A DNA stretch of 38,346 nt, taken from the IMG/VR virus record IMGVR_UViG_3300042892_004166, positions 79,097 through 117,442 of that record; one strand, written 5' to 3'. Shown here piece by piece: positions 26,673-35,792 of the stretch; positions within the stretch are counted from its first letter, which is position 1; the number at the start of each line of letters is the position of its first letter. Origin of the DNA: a virus (lineage: Duplodnaviria > Heunggongvirae > Uroviricota > Caudoviricetes). The notes below the pieces were generated by a model, which made no database searches, was not told where the DNA came from, and worked only from the letters and a program-made list of their open reading frames with translations. A program made the position numbers and the translations under genes.

Positions 26673-28432
26673 TGGCATGGAATGATGTTGCAAGTAATCA
26701 AATGGTTAGTTATCTAGATGCCTCGACGAGTGGAATTCCTCTGCTGTCGGGTCAGTCTCATTTTACAACACTTCCTGCGGCTAATCAATGTATGGATAAA
26801 ACTGCTATGCAGGCAAAATATAGCCTTAATGCAAGTAATTTAAGTACGTATGGGAGTTTACAATTAGTTCCTAAAAGTGCTTGGGCAAGTGGAGTTCCAT
26901 TGGTATATTACGGAATAAATATAGACCCAACAAATTCATGGATATATTCTACGGTTGCAGATACAATCGTGGCCAAATACGTTTCTTATAAACATACCGA
27001 TTACGGCGGTCCATTAGTTCAAAATGATTCGCTTTTTGTATCATTTTGGGTAACAGATAACCCACCGGTAGTAGGTTCAATAGTATATGGTAGTAATACT
27101 GGAGGTGCTTCTGGGTTTGGAGTAGAAGAAACATATTCTCAAGGATGGTATCAACGACAAGGAGGGACAAATCCCCTTATATATTATATAGACGAATCTA
27201 GCATAATTCAAGGAATTTATACTTCAGTTTATGAAAGTCCTAATGTGGCTCCATCAACACCTCCTAACTTTACGGGAGCAAAGTCTATAATTGGAGGTAC
27301 TACGAGGTATATTGATTTTACATGGGATCCTTCAACTGACAATGATATGTTGCATCACTATAACCTATATGTTAGGGAATCTGGAAGTTTTACAGTACAG
27401 ACAATTCATATTGTACCTAAAATATTCCCTATACTATTTTCTACTTTAGGAAAATATACTAGACCAAGAAATATTTCTCTTCCGACGCGTTATGATACCA
27501 TAGGATCTTATCTTGTTGGAAAAAGTGCAATGCGCATTAGCAATACATTCTTTGGAGGTTTTGGTGGTGGCGCCCCAATTACTTGGTGGGTTACTGCTGT
27601 TGATTTATCAGGTAACGAATCCGCAGCTTCGGCTACATTTTATATATCACAAGGAAATAGTTGGAGTACTCCAAGTCTTTCTCCGTTAGGTCAAACTTCT
27701 AGAACATGGACGTCTATTGGAGACGCGGCTAATGGAGATATATATGCTTCCATTAGTACTGGAGCTATCTATAAAAAATCCGCAGCTAGTGGCACATTTA
27801 TAGCAACAGGACAGACTATACCCGGAGCAGGTTGTTTCGCAGGTGCTCCCAATGGAGACATGTATTATGCACTATATACTGGAGATATACTTAAGCAAGC
27901 AAGTGGAGCAACAACATTTACTGCAACAGGACAGACTATTAGAAACTGGAATGGTATAACAGCAACACCAAATGGGGATATTTATGCTAGTGTATATGGT
28001 GGAGATATTTATAAACAACCATCTGGAGCAACAACATTTACAACAACAGGACAGACTATTAGAAACTGGGAAGGTATGGCCACTGCAGCTAATGGAGACA
28101 TATATGTTAGTGCAGGAAGTTCCGGAATGTACGTAAAACCAGCAGCTTCATCAACGTTTGAATATGCGAGCATATTTTCATATTCAAAAAGATTTAGTAT
28201 AGCACCAAATACCGACATGTGGACTGGAGAATCAAGTTCCACAACTACTGGAGACATTAGGCAATACCGACCTGGAGATTTTGGTAGTGGTGGTCAAGGC
28301 CCTCAATTTACTGCCCTAGGACTAACACCTAGAAATTGGACAGATACTTGTATTGTATCAACTGTAACCGGATACGACGTATACTTCTGCGTTTATAATG
28401 GAGACATTTACAAATATTCACACGTTAATTAA
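26672..28432 (+). CDS. virion protein with FN3-like domain and C-terminal beta-propeller repeats
   Basis: APSTP.NFT...FTWDPSTDN...YNLY...VTAVDLSGNES (FN3); ~40-aa repeats R.W.GI.A.PNGDIYASVYGGDIYK......F..TGQT, five to six copies. Confidence 0.75.
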   Translation: MAWNDVASNQMVSYLDASTSGIPLLSGQSHFTTLPAANQCMDKTAMQAKYSLNASNLSTYGSLQLVPKSAWASGVPLVYYGINIDPTNSWIYSTVADTIVAKYVSYKHTDYGGPLVQNDSLFVSFWVTDNPPVVGSIVYGSNTGGASGFGVEETYSQGWYQRQGGTNPLIYYIDESSIIQGIYTSVYESPNVAPSTPPNFTGAKSIIGGTTRYIDFTWDPSTDNDMLHHYNLYVRESGSFTVQTIHIVPKIFPILFSTLGKYTRPRNISLPTRYDTIGSYLVGKSAMRISNTFFGGFGGGAPITWWVTAVDLSGNESAASATFYISQGNSWSTPSLSPLGQTSRTWTSIGDAANGDIYASISTGAIYKKSAASGTFIATGQTIPGAGCFAGAPNGDMYYALYTGDILKQASGATTFTATGQTIRNWNGITATPNGDIYASVYGGDIYKQPSGATTFTTTGQTIRNWEGMATAANGDIYVSAGSSGMYVKPAASSTFEYASIFSYSKRFSIAPNTDMWTGESSSTTTGDIRQYRPGDFGSGGQGPQFTALGLTPRNWTDTCIVSTVTGYDVYFCVYNGDIYKYSHVN

Positions 28433-28450
28433 TAAAAATAAATAATAAAA

Positions 28451-28834
28451 ATGATAACATTTAATTGGACAATTCCAGCTGTAGAAAGAGCTGTAAGCCT
28501 AGACGGATTATCGGACGTAATCCAAAATATTCACTGGAGATACCGTGCTACAGATGAAAATGGAATAACATCTGAAATGTATGGAGTAACCACAATAGGA
28601 GAACCAAATCCTGAAGACTTTACTCCTTATAATGATGTAACAACATCAGATGTAGAAGGTTGGTTAGAATCAATCTTAGGAGCCATACCAGAAACTCTAC
28701 CAGGAGAAGAAACCCAAATATCTAAATTGGATTGGATGAAAACAAATCTAGAGGGGAAAATAGCTTTATTAATTAGTCCTACCACAATTATGGGACCACT
28801 TTTTAGTTCTCCAATAATAGAATCAAATATATAA
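28451..28834 (+). CDS. small phage tail-associated protein (DUF7936-like), paralog 1
   Basis: F.W.I......DVI..IHW...ATD......YG.......F.PY..VT...V..W pattern shared with the next gene. Confidence 0.65.
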   Translation: MITFNWTIPAVERAVSLDGLSDVIQNIHWRYRATDENGITSEMYGVTTIGEPNPEDFTPYNDVTTSDVEGWLESILGAIPETLPGEETQISKLDWMKTNLEGKIALLISPTTIMGPLFSSPIIESNI

Positions 28835-28844
28835 TTAAACAAAA

Positions 28845-29225
28845 ATGCCAGAACAAACCGAAATTTCAGAAATTATCTACAATTGGAATTGCAATAGGGT
28901 TGACATATATCCGACGCTAGGAGATTACACTAATGTAATACACAATGTACATTATAATGTAATAGGAGGAATAAATTACTCAACAACACCAATTACAGCA
29001 TCTAGTTTTGGAATGCAAATATTAAATACAGAAAACGTTGCAGATTTTATACCTTTTAATGAACTTACAAGTGAGCAAACAGTTGCTTGGACAAAAGCAG
29101 CAATGGGAGAAGAGAAGGTATTAGCAATAGAAACTAGTATTGCAAATCAAATAGAAGCACTAAAAAATCCAGTTTCTATTACAGTGACCGTGCCTGATCC
29201 TCCTCGCAATGCAATAATACTATAA
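28845..29225 (+). CDS. small phage tail-associated protein (DUF7936-like), paralog 2
   Basis: Y.W.C......NVI.NVHY.......FG.......FIPF..LT...V.W...IE..I..QI...K.P pattern. Confidence 0.65.
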   Translation: MPEQTEISEIIYNWNCNRVDIYPTLGDYTNVIHNVHYNVIGGINYSTTPITASSFGMQILNTENVADFIPFNELTSEQTVAWTKAAMGEEKVLAIETSIANQIEALKNPVSITVTVPDPPRNAIIL

Positions 29226-29292
29226 TCGTACATCGAATTAAACAGATATATAAGTTAATTAATACTTTATAAAAATACTTAAAACAATAAAG

Positions 29293-29541
29293 ATGGCAAC
29301 AAAAGTTTGGAAGGTTGATAATCAACTAAGAATAGAAACAGATGGAACAACTACATATGGAAATGCAGCGCTTTACTCAATTTTAGAGTTTACTGCAACA
29401 TCAGTTACATTAATTCACACAGGAGTTACTAATATCTCCACGCTGACTATAATAAATTTTACAGATTTTCAAGATGATGCTGCAGTACCATATGCAACAG
29501 AAGCGGCAATCGCAGACTATTTAGCACCATTACTTGGATGA
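29293..29541 (+). CDS. hypothetical protein, 82 aa
   Basis: GATATATA at 29245-29252 upstream; ATGA coupling to the next gene. Confidence 0.65.
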   Translation: MATKVWKVDNQLRIETDGTTTYGNAALYSILEFTATSVTLIHTGVTNISTLTIINFTDFQDDAAVPYATEAAIADYLAPLLG

Positions 29542-32333
29542 GACGTATAATATCATCTAGAAAAAAACAGGGACAATTTATTGCCGCTCCGGTAGTAAGT
29601 GGAAATACATCGATTGGTTCAGTGCTATCTGTAACTGATGGTGTATTTGACGGTCCAACATCAACATATACATACCAATGGTTTTTAGAGGGTAGCCCAA
29701 TATCAGGAGCTACTGCAAACACTTACACACTTCCGGACATTAGTAATGGAATATTAAGATGTGTAGTTAAAGCAACCAACTCCAAGGGTAGTGTTAAATC
29801 TACAAGTAACTTTTTTACTATTAGAAATTCTTTTAATTTCGTAATCAAAACTGATAACATATCGACTGGTAGTAGTACTGCAGCACAATTCAAATTACCA
29901 TTAGTTAGTACCGGTACTTACAATTGTACTGTTTATTGGGGCGATGGAACATCAGATACAATAACAACCTGGGACCAAGCACAAACAACGCATACTTACG
30001 CAACAACAGGAACATATAATGTTTATATAGCAGGAACTGTAACAGGATGGACATTTAATAATACTGGAGATAGACTTAAGATTTTATCAATTGGATGGTG
30101 GGGTCCTTTAAGACCAGGAGATAACACTGCCATATTTATGGGTTGTGGTAATTTAATGCTGGATAATGTAAGAGATGTTCTTGACACAACTGGAATGACG
30201 AGTTTTTTTCGACTGCTTCACTCTTGTACTCGTTTAGTACGAGTTAATCGGATTAATGAATGGAATACATCAAGTATTACAAACATGTTTTCAGTCTTTG
30301 ATGGCAATATTAATTTTGATGACAATATCAGTAATTGGAATACTTCCAATGTTACTACATTTGAATTAATGTTTGTACACGCTGCTAAGTTTAACAACGG
30401 AGGTAGTCCCGATATTAATAAATGGGACACGTCAAACGCAACTTCTATGAGGTTTATGTTTGGAGCAGATGGAACGGTGCCAGGTGGAACTTATACGTCA
30501 TTTAACCAGCCAATAAGTAACTGGAATACTTCTAAAGTTACAAATATGTCAGCAATGTTTGCAAGAAATACTGCGTTTAATCAAGATATCGGAACTAAAG
30601 TTGTAACCGTGAACGGCGTTACTTATACTGCCTGGGATACTTTAAATGTAACTGATATGAGTAGTATGTTCCAAAGTGCCGCTGCTACAGGGGTTGCTGT
30701 ACCTCCTAGCAAGTTTAATAATGGAGGTTCAGACAGTATTAAGAATTGGAATACGTCTAAGGTAACATTAATGAACTCTATGTTTTCGGGTAATCCAGTG
30801 TTTAATTATGATATTGGTACCAAAGTAGTAACCGTAAATGGTGTTACTTACACAGCATGGGACACGTTAAACGTAACTTCTATGTCATTTATGTTCAATT
30901 CTTTCTTAAATACCGCAGATTCTTTTGGGATATTTAATAATGGAGGCTCAAATAGTATTAAAAACTGGAATACGTCTAAAGTTACAACACTTGTTGCTTT
31001 TTGTCAAAGACAGGCATTTTTTAATCAAGATGTTGGAACCAAAGTAGTAACGGTTGGCGGTAATACATATACCGCATGGAATATTGAAAATGTTACGAGT
31101 TTATCTAATGCTTTCACCAGTAATAGCTCAGTACGGGCGGGATCATTTAATAATGGTGGAAGCGATTCAATTAAACACTGGAACACATCAAAGGTTACTA
31201 CAATGGCAAGTTTGTTTAATTGTCAACAATCATTTAATCAACCTATTGGAACAAGGGTATCTACTATTAATGGTGTTACGTATACTGCGTGGGACACATT
31301 AAATGTAACAAACATGTCTGGTATGCTTAATGCATATACTACAGCAAATACACTTAGCGGGGTATTTAATAGTGGAGGCAGTTCAGCTATTGGTAATTGG
31401 AATACATCAAAAGTAACAACATTTGCTGCAATGTTTCAAAATCAACCATTATTTAATCGCGATATAAACACAACAGTAACTACTATTAATGGCGTTACGT
31501 ATACTGCATGGGACACATTAAATGTAACGAATATGTCTAATGTCTTTGGTGTTTATCGTAATACCGGAATTTTTAATCAGAATATAGATAATTGGAACAC
31601 ATCAAAAGTTACTACAATGCAGAGCATGTTTAGAGGACAAATTCTTTATGATAAAAGCGTAGGAACAAAACAAGTAACAGTTGGAGCTTCTACATACACT
31701 GCGTGGGACACGCTAAACGTAACAGATATGTCGAGTATGTTTAATGCAAATTTATTAAATTCTGATGCACAAGGAGTATTTAATAATTCTTCATTTAATT
31801 CTATTAGAAATTTTAACACATCAAAAGTAAAAACGTTTTTAAATATGTTTAAAAATCAACCATTATTTAATCAAAATTTAAGAACATTTAGTGTTACTAT
31901 TGGAGCTTCTACATATAATGCATGGGACACTTTGGAGGCTACTAATATGTCATATATGTTTTTTAATAAGACAGGAAACGCTGTAAGCCAGTTTAACCAA
32001 AACATTGGAAATTGGAATACTGCTAAAGTTACAGATATGACTGCTATGTTTTATAACGCTGCTAGTTTTAATCAAAATCTTAATTCTTGGAATGTTTCAT
32101 TGGTAACCTCATTTAATTCTTCTACTATATTAAACGAAACCTTCGCAGATGGAATAGGATTATCAACTACAGACTACGATAATTTACTTGAAGGCTGGTC
32201 ATCTAGACCAGTTCTTGCAAATAAAGTAATTAGCTTTGGAACAACTAAATATAGTGCAGCTGCAGCTCCAGAAAGAGCAATATTAACATCAGCTCCAAAT
32301 AACTGGACAATAATAGATGGAGGACAAATATGA
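29538..32333 (+). CDS. BspA-like/DUF285 repeat surface protein with N-terminal Ig-like and PKD-like domains
   Basis: APVVSG...G..LSV.DG.F......YTYQW....ISGAT..TYTL; V.WGDG......THTY..TGTY; many W(N/D)TS(N/K)VT.M..MF...FNQ.I..W repeats. Confidence 0.85.
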   Translation: MRRIISSRKKQGQFIAAPVVSGNTSIGSVLSVTDGVFDGPTSTYTYQWFLEGSPISGATANTYTLPDISNGILRCVVKATNSKGSVKSTSNFFTIRNSFNFVIKTDNISTGSSTAAQFKLPLVSTGTYNCTVYWGDGTSDTITTWDQAQTTHTYATTGTYNVYIAGTVTGWTFNNTGDRLKILSIGWWGPLRPGDNTAIFMGCGNLMLDNVRDVLDTTGMTSFFRLLHSCTRLVRVNRINEWNTSSITNMFSVFDGNINFDDNISNWNTSNVTTFELMFVHAAKFNNGGSPDINKWDTSNATSMRFMFGADGTVPGGTYTSFNQPISNWNTSKVTNMSAMFARNTAFNQDIGTKVVTVNGVTYTAWDTLNVTDMSSMFQSAAATGVAVPPSKFNNGGSDSIKNWNTSKVTLMNSMFSGNPVFNYDIGTKVVTVNGVTYTAWDTLNVTSMSFMFNSFLNTADSFGIFNNGGSNSIKNWNTSKVTTLVAFCQRQAFFNQDVGTKVVTVGGNTYTAWNIENVTSLSNAFTSNSSVRAGSFNNGGSDSIKHWNTSKVTTMASLFNCQQSFNQPIGTRVSTINGVTYTAWDTLNVTNMSGMLNAYTTANTLSGVFNSGGSSAIGNWNTSKVTTFAAMFQNQPLFNRDINTTVTTINGVTYTAWDTLNVTNMSNVFGVYRNTGIFNQNIDNWNTSKVTTMQSMFRGQILYDKSVGTKQVTVGASTYTAWDTLNVTDMSSMFNANLLNSDAQGVFNNSSFNSIRNFNTSKVKTFLNMFKNQPLFNQNLRTFSVTIGASTYNAWDTLEATNMSYMFFNKTGNAVSQFNQNIGNWNTAKVTDMTAMFYNAASFNQNLNSWNVSLVTSFNSSTILNETFADGIGLSTTDYDNLLEGWSSRPVLANKVISFGTTKYSAAAAPERAILTSAPNNWTIIDGGQI

Positions 32334-32560
32334 GATATTTTTTAGCGCACAACGAAACCGATGTTTTTCATTATGGAGAACTTTTAGAAGGCCAGGTAGT
32401 AGAAACAGGTCAGCCGCATCTAGAGTATTTTAATTCACTAAATGAATTAAAACAAAGATTATCTTTTTTTAATATAGTATACATTGAAAATATCAATGAA
32501 TACGCTGAAAATATCAATGAAGACTTTTTAGAAGAGCCAAATATCGATTTGCAAGCTTAA
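32330..32560 (+). CDS. hypothetical protein, 76 aa
   Basis: ATGA coupling to the DUF285 gene; acidic C-terminus. Confidence 0.65.
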   Translation: MRYFLAHNETDVFHYGELLEGQVVETGQPHLEYFNSLNELKQRLSFFNIVYIENINEYAENINEDFLEEPNIDLQA

Positions 32561-32605
32561 ACATTACTAAAATTTGATATATAATACTAAATAATATCAA
32601 ATGTC

Positions 32606-33157
32606 ATGTTAAACGAAAAGTATACTACTGATAAAATCCTTATTTTTGATATTGATGATACAATAGCAATTACACCCGCTAAAATCGTAGTCACTGATAC
32701 CAAGACCGGAAAATCCTTTGAACTGACTCCAGAAGAGTTTAACTCTTACGAGAAGGGTCAAAACCACTTGGTTAACTTTGACCAATTCAGATCCTTAGAG
32801 ATTATGAAAGCTGGGCGATTAATCGATAAATACTTTAAGGTACTTACAACAAACTACAAGAATGGAGTTGCGATTGGAGTTATTACTGCTAGAGATAATC
32901 AATCGATGATATATGAATGGTTCCGCTTTCACTTAGGATTCCATATCGATAAAAAACTAATTTGGGCAGTTAATGACCCAGTTCACGGACTTACCGGAAA
33001 CATACAACAAAGAAAACAGGATGCAATGCGCTGGTTTATTGACCAGGGTTACACGGATATCACGTTCTTCGACGACGATAGAAACAATATAAAACTAATA
33101 AAACAACTAGAGAGTGAACTTGGTACAACGATCAAGACACATCTTGCTAAACACTAG
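32606..33157 (+). CDS. HAD-superfamily phosphatase
   Basis: LIFDIDDT (motif I), VITAR (motif II), RKQDA (Lys), FFDDD..NI (motif IV). GATATATA at 32576-32583. Confidence 0.8.
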   Translation: MLNEKYTTDKILIFDIDDTIAITPAKIVVTDTKTGKSFELTPEEFNSYEKGQNHLVNFDQFRSLEIMKAGRLIDKYFKVLTTNYKNGVAIGVITARDNQSMIYEWFRFHLGFHIDKKLIWAVNDPVHGLTGNIQQRKQDAMRWFIDQGYTDITFFDDDRNNIKLIKQLESELGTTIKTHLAKH

Positions 33158-33163
33158 AAAATT

Positions 33164-34339
33164 ATGAGTACAGTAGGAGATTTTAAAGCCCGTTTTGAAG
33201 CGGCATTAAACACATCAATAGATTCTGCAATAGTGAATTCTTTTGATTTAACATTAAATGAAAAGGTTAATGCAGATAGTATGCAAGGAGAGGTAGATAA
33301 TCCAGGTTCTCTTCATGGAAATATGGCTCTAATTAATGCAATTAACTCACAAGGAAAAATTGTAGATTATAAAGAGTTTGCAAAAAACTATCCAAATGGA
33401 ATTCCAACAACTTTCATTCTAAATTATTTTGCATCACTGAATCCAAAAGAGTCAGTAGAGCTAGCAAAATATTTATATTCAGCAATTGCACCAAAGGACT
33501 TAACCGTTTCGATGTATTCAAACAGAAATTCAGTACTTGGTAAATTATTCGACCAAAAGCCAACAGGACTTGGAAAAGGAGAAGCCCTTATTGCATGGTT
33601 AATTAAAGGTGCAGTAATTCAAGGTGGTGGAGAGAGCTATGATGTTATTATTAACAACAAAGATGCTTTTGAAGTTAAAGATTATAGTAATGGAAATTCA
33701 GCGATTAGAGCTGGTGTAAAATCAAAAGTTAGTAACTTTGAATTTTGGAGAGAGATTAGTGATACGCTATCAAGAATCGATAAACTAACAGGATATTCTG
33801 CTGGAAAACCTAAATTTGATATAAGCAAATACTTCTCTGCTGAAATGACGGCAGCAGCAAATTACCTAATGGGAAGAAAAGGAACCATTATGTCAGGTGA
33901 ATGTAATAAAACCGATTTCAAAAACATTAATGCATTCTACGAACAAGCCGCTAAAGTTGAAAATAGTCTACAAGGATATACTAATGTTATTCTAAGAGGA
34001 CCAAATTCAAAGCCAATCGAATTGAGTATCGACTTATTAGACCCTGCTCTAATAACAGGAGATACCATTACATTTCACGTAGCAAAAACTGACCAAACAG
34101 CAACCTACGTTTTATCAGAATTAAAGCGATTAAAATATGTCCGAAATCCAAAAGACTTAGAAGTAGACATGCAGAAGGCTGTAAACCAAATCCATGCTGG
34201 ACTAGTTTACATCGTCTTCCGTAAAAATACAATAAATATCACAACAGATTTTGTACCAGCACAGGTATCAACATCATCTCTATATTTTGTAGAGAGAACC
34301 ATCAAAGACCCTACAATAGACCATAATTTAGATGACTAA
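33164..34339 (+). CDS. putative PD-(D/E)xK restriction-endonuclease-fold protein
   Basis: GLGKGEALI (helix Glu)...SYDVII...FEVKDY matches the E...D...ExK catalytic spacing. Confidence 0.5.
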   Translation: MSTVGDFKARFEAALNTSIDSAIVNSFDLTLNEKVNADSMQGEVDNPGSLHGNMALINAINSQGKIVDYKEFAKNYPNGIPTTFILNYFASLNPKESVELAKYLYSAIAPKDLTVSMYSNRNSVLGKLFDQKPTGLGKGEALIAWLIKGAVIQGGGESYDVIINNKDAFEVKDYSNGNSAIRAGVKSKVSNFEFWREISDTLSRIDKLTGYSAGKPKFDISKYFSAEMTAAANYLMGRKGTIMSGECNKTDFKNINAFYEQAAKVENSLQGYTNVILRGPNSKPIELSIDLLDPALITGDTITFHVAKTDQTATYVLSELKRLKYVRNPKDLEVDMQKAVNQIHAGLVYIVFRKNTINITTDFVPAQVSTSSLYFVERTIKDPTIDHNLDD

Positions 34340-34499
34340 TAAGGAATGGAAAGCGTATGTTGACACTGGATATGTACCTCAAAGATACATAAAAGAAATA
34401 GTGACGAGAATCAAGCACAATATGACACTTGATTCTCGTCATTTGCAAATATACCTAACACACAGTTCAATCATAGAACTCTACCTAAAAATCAAATAA
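34332..34499 (+). CDS. small protein, 55 aa (MTNKEWKAYVDTGYVPQRYIKEIVTRIKHNMTLDSRHLQIYLTHSSIIELYLKIK)
   Basis: Translated by hand; its ATG overlaps the upstream stop (ATGACTAA) and it fills the gap. Confidence 0.55.
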   Translation: MTNKEWKAYVDTGYVPQRYIKEIVTRIKHNMTLDSRHLQIYLTHSSIIELYLKIK

Positions 34500-34522
34500 A
34501 TAAAAGAAAATAAAACCACATC

Positions 34523-35107
34523 ATGAAAAAAATAAAACTATTCGAACAATTCGTAAACGAGGCTAAAAGTTATAGTATCAAAGGAATGATTAAGAAGGCA
34601 ACCACTGATAAAACAGATAGATTGCCATACGTAACAATAAATCAAGATGTTGATAAATTCATCTCTAGATGGGCATGGAACCAAGACCTAGAGGTACTTG
34701 ATTTTACTCCAGAAATGAGAGCTGAATTTGAAGACGGAATCCGTGCTGCAGGATATGATGTAGTTGATATTAAAGACATTGAAAAACAAAAAGTATTCAG
34801 TGCCCTAATGAAGGACCTACAAAAATCATTTGATTGGGACGTTAAATTAACTCCAGAAAAGAGTAATACAACACCTAATAGACCCTTAATCCATATTCCA
34901 CTTAAAGGCGGAAAGGCAGGAAAACTAGAAGATGGAGAACCGATTATCGATCTTAAGATTGGGAATAGTTCAAAATCCTATTTTAACTCAACTGCCAATG
35001 AATTTAGAACTTGGTTACATGATAGAGGATATGCAATTATCACTAATGATGGTAAACCATACATCACCGCATTATTCGCAACAAGAGGAGAACCATCATA
35101 CTATTAA
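34523..35107 (+). CDS. putative capsid-targeted protein (leader MKKIKLFEQFVNE|A)
   Basis: Family leader. Confidence 0.65.
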   Translation: MKKIKLFEQFVNEAKSYSIKGMIKKATTDKTDRLPYVTINQDVDKFISRWAWNQDLEVLDFTPEMRAEFEDGIRAAGYDVVDIKDIEKQKVFSALMKDLQKSFDWDVKLTPEKSNTTPNRPLIHIPLKGGKAGKLEDGEPIIDLKIGNSSKSYFNSTANEFRTWLHDRGYAIITNDGKPYITALFATRGEPSYY

Positions 35108-35110
35108 TCT

Positions 35111-35518
35111 ATGAAACTTGTAAAACTATTCGAACAATTCCTAAATGAATCCAAAAAACAGGAAGCCGCTATCGAAAAGGTAGAAGGACTTCCAAAGGGT
35201 TCTATATTCGATGATGCAAAACGAATAGATGGTATCTTCCAAATCAGTAACCGTCCCTGGAGCGAAATAGTCCAAACATGGGAGGAGAACGAGGACAAGG
35301 CCAAACCTAAAACCATTAACCCAAAGGATATACATATCACTCAAAGGAATATACAATCTAGTAAGGTTACAGAGATGATACTTAGAGAGGGTAAAGTCAA
35401 AACAATAAATGTTATCGAATACCCAGAAGGACCTGTAATCTACGACGGCCACCACAGACTCACTAAGGCCTGGGCCCTAGGAGAAACCAAACTCAAAGTA
35501 AACTACTTAAAATTATGA
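35111..35518 (+). CDS. ParB/Sulfiredoxin-like N-terminal domain protein carrying the capsid-targeting-like leader (MKLVKLFEQFLNE|S)
   Basis: INPKDIHITQ...INVI.Y...VIYDGHHRLTKA matches the ParB/Srx DGHHR motif. Confidence 0.7.
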   Translation: MKLVKLFEQFLNESKKQEAAIEKVEGLPKGSIFDDAKRIDGIFQISNRPWSEIVQTWEENEDKAKPKTINPKDIHITQRNIQSSKVTEMILREGKVKTINVIEYPEGPVIYDGHHRLTKAWALGETKLKVNYLKL

Positions 35519-35760
35519 AACATATCAAACCCTTTGAAGCGTTCTTAAATGAATCCAGTAAATACCAAATTGAAATTATCTATGATAAACCATTTGACAC
35601 TACAACAATCCAAGGTGCATCGCCAGACGGATTTAAAGGAATTACAGTAAAAGGTAATTTTGAAACCCAGTGGAAAGGCAAGTATACTGATATCGATGCT
35701 GCCATCCGGAACATAGAAAAGGGTTTCCACAAATACGATATTATAGACATACAAAAATAA
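35515..35760 (+). CDS. putative capsid-targeted small protein (leader MKHIKPFEAFLNE|S)
   Basis: Family leader; ATGA coupling. Confidence 0.65.
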   Translation: MKHIKPFEAFLNESSKYQIEIIYDKPFDTTTIQGASPDGFKGITVKGNFETQWKGKYTDIDAAIRNIEKGFHKYDIIDIQK

Positions 35761-35766
35761 CCACAC

Positions 35767-35792
35767 AGAGGACCCTAAAGGTCCTCTTTTTT
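35767..35792 (+). terminator. intrinsic terminator closing the + strand block
   Basis: AGAGGACC-CTAAA-GGTCCTCT followed by TTTTT. Confidence 0.85.

Noticed and set aside
641-35766. The many short - strand ORFs opposite + strand genes, and short same-strand ORFs nested in them (e.g. 10176..10379, 14026..14286, 23472..23684, 31054..31302, 34932..35114)
   Set aside because: They lie within better-supported genes, lack promoter motifs and have no recognisable features.
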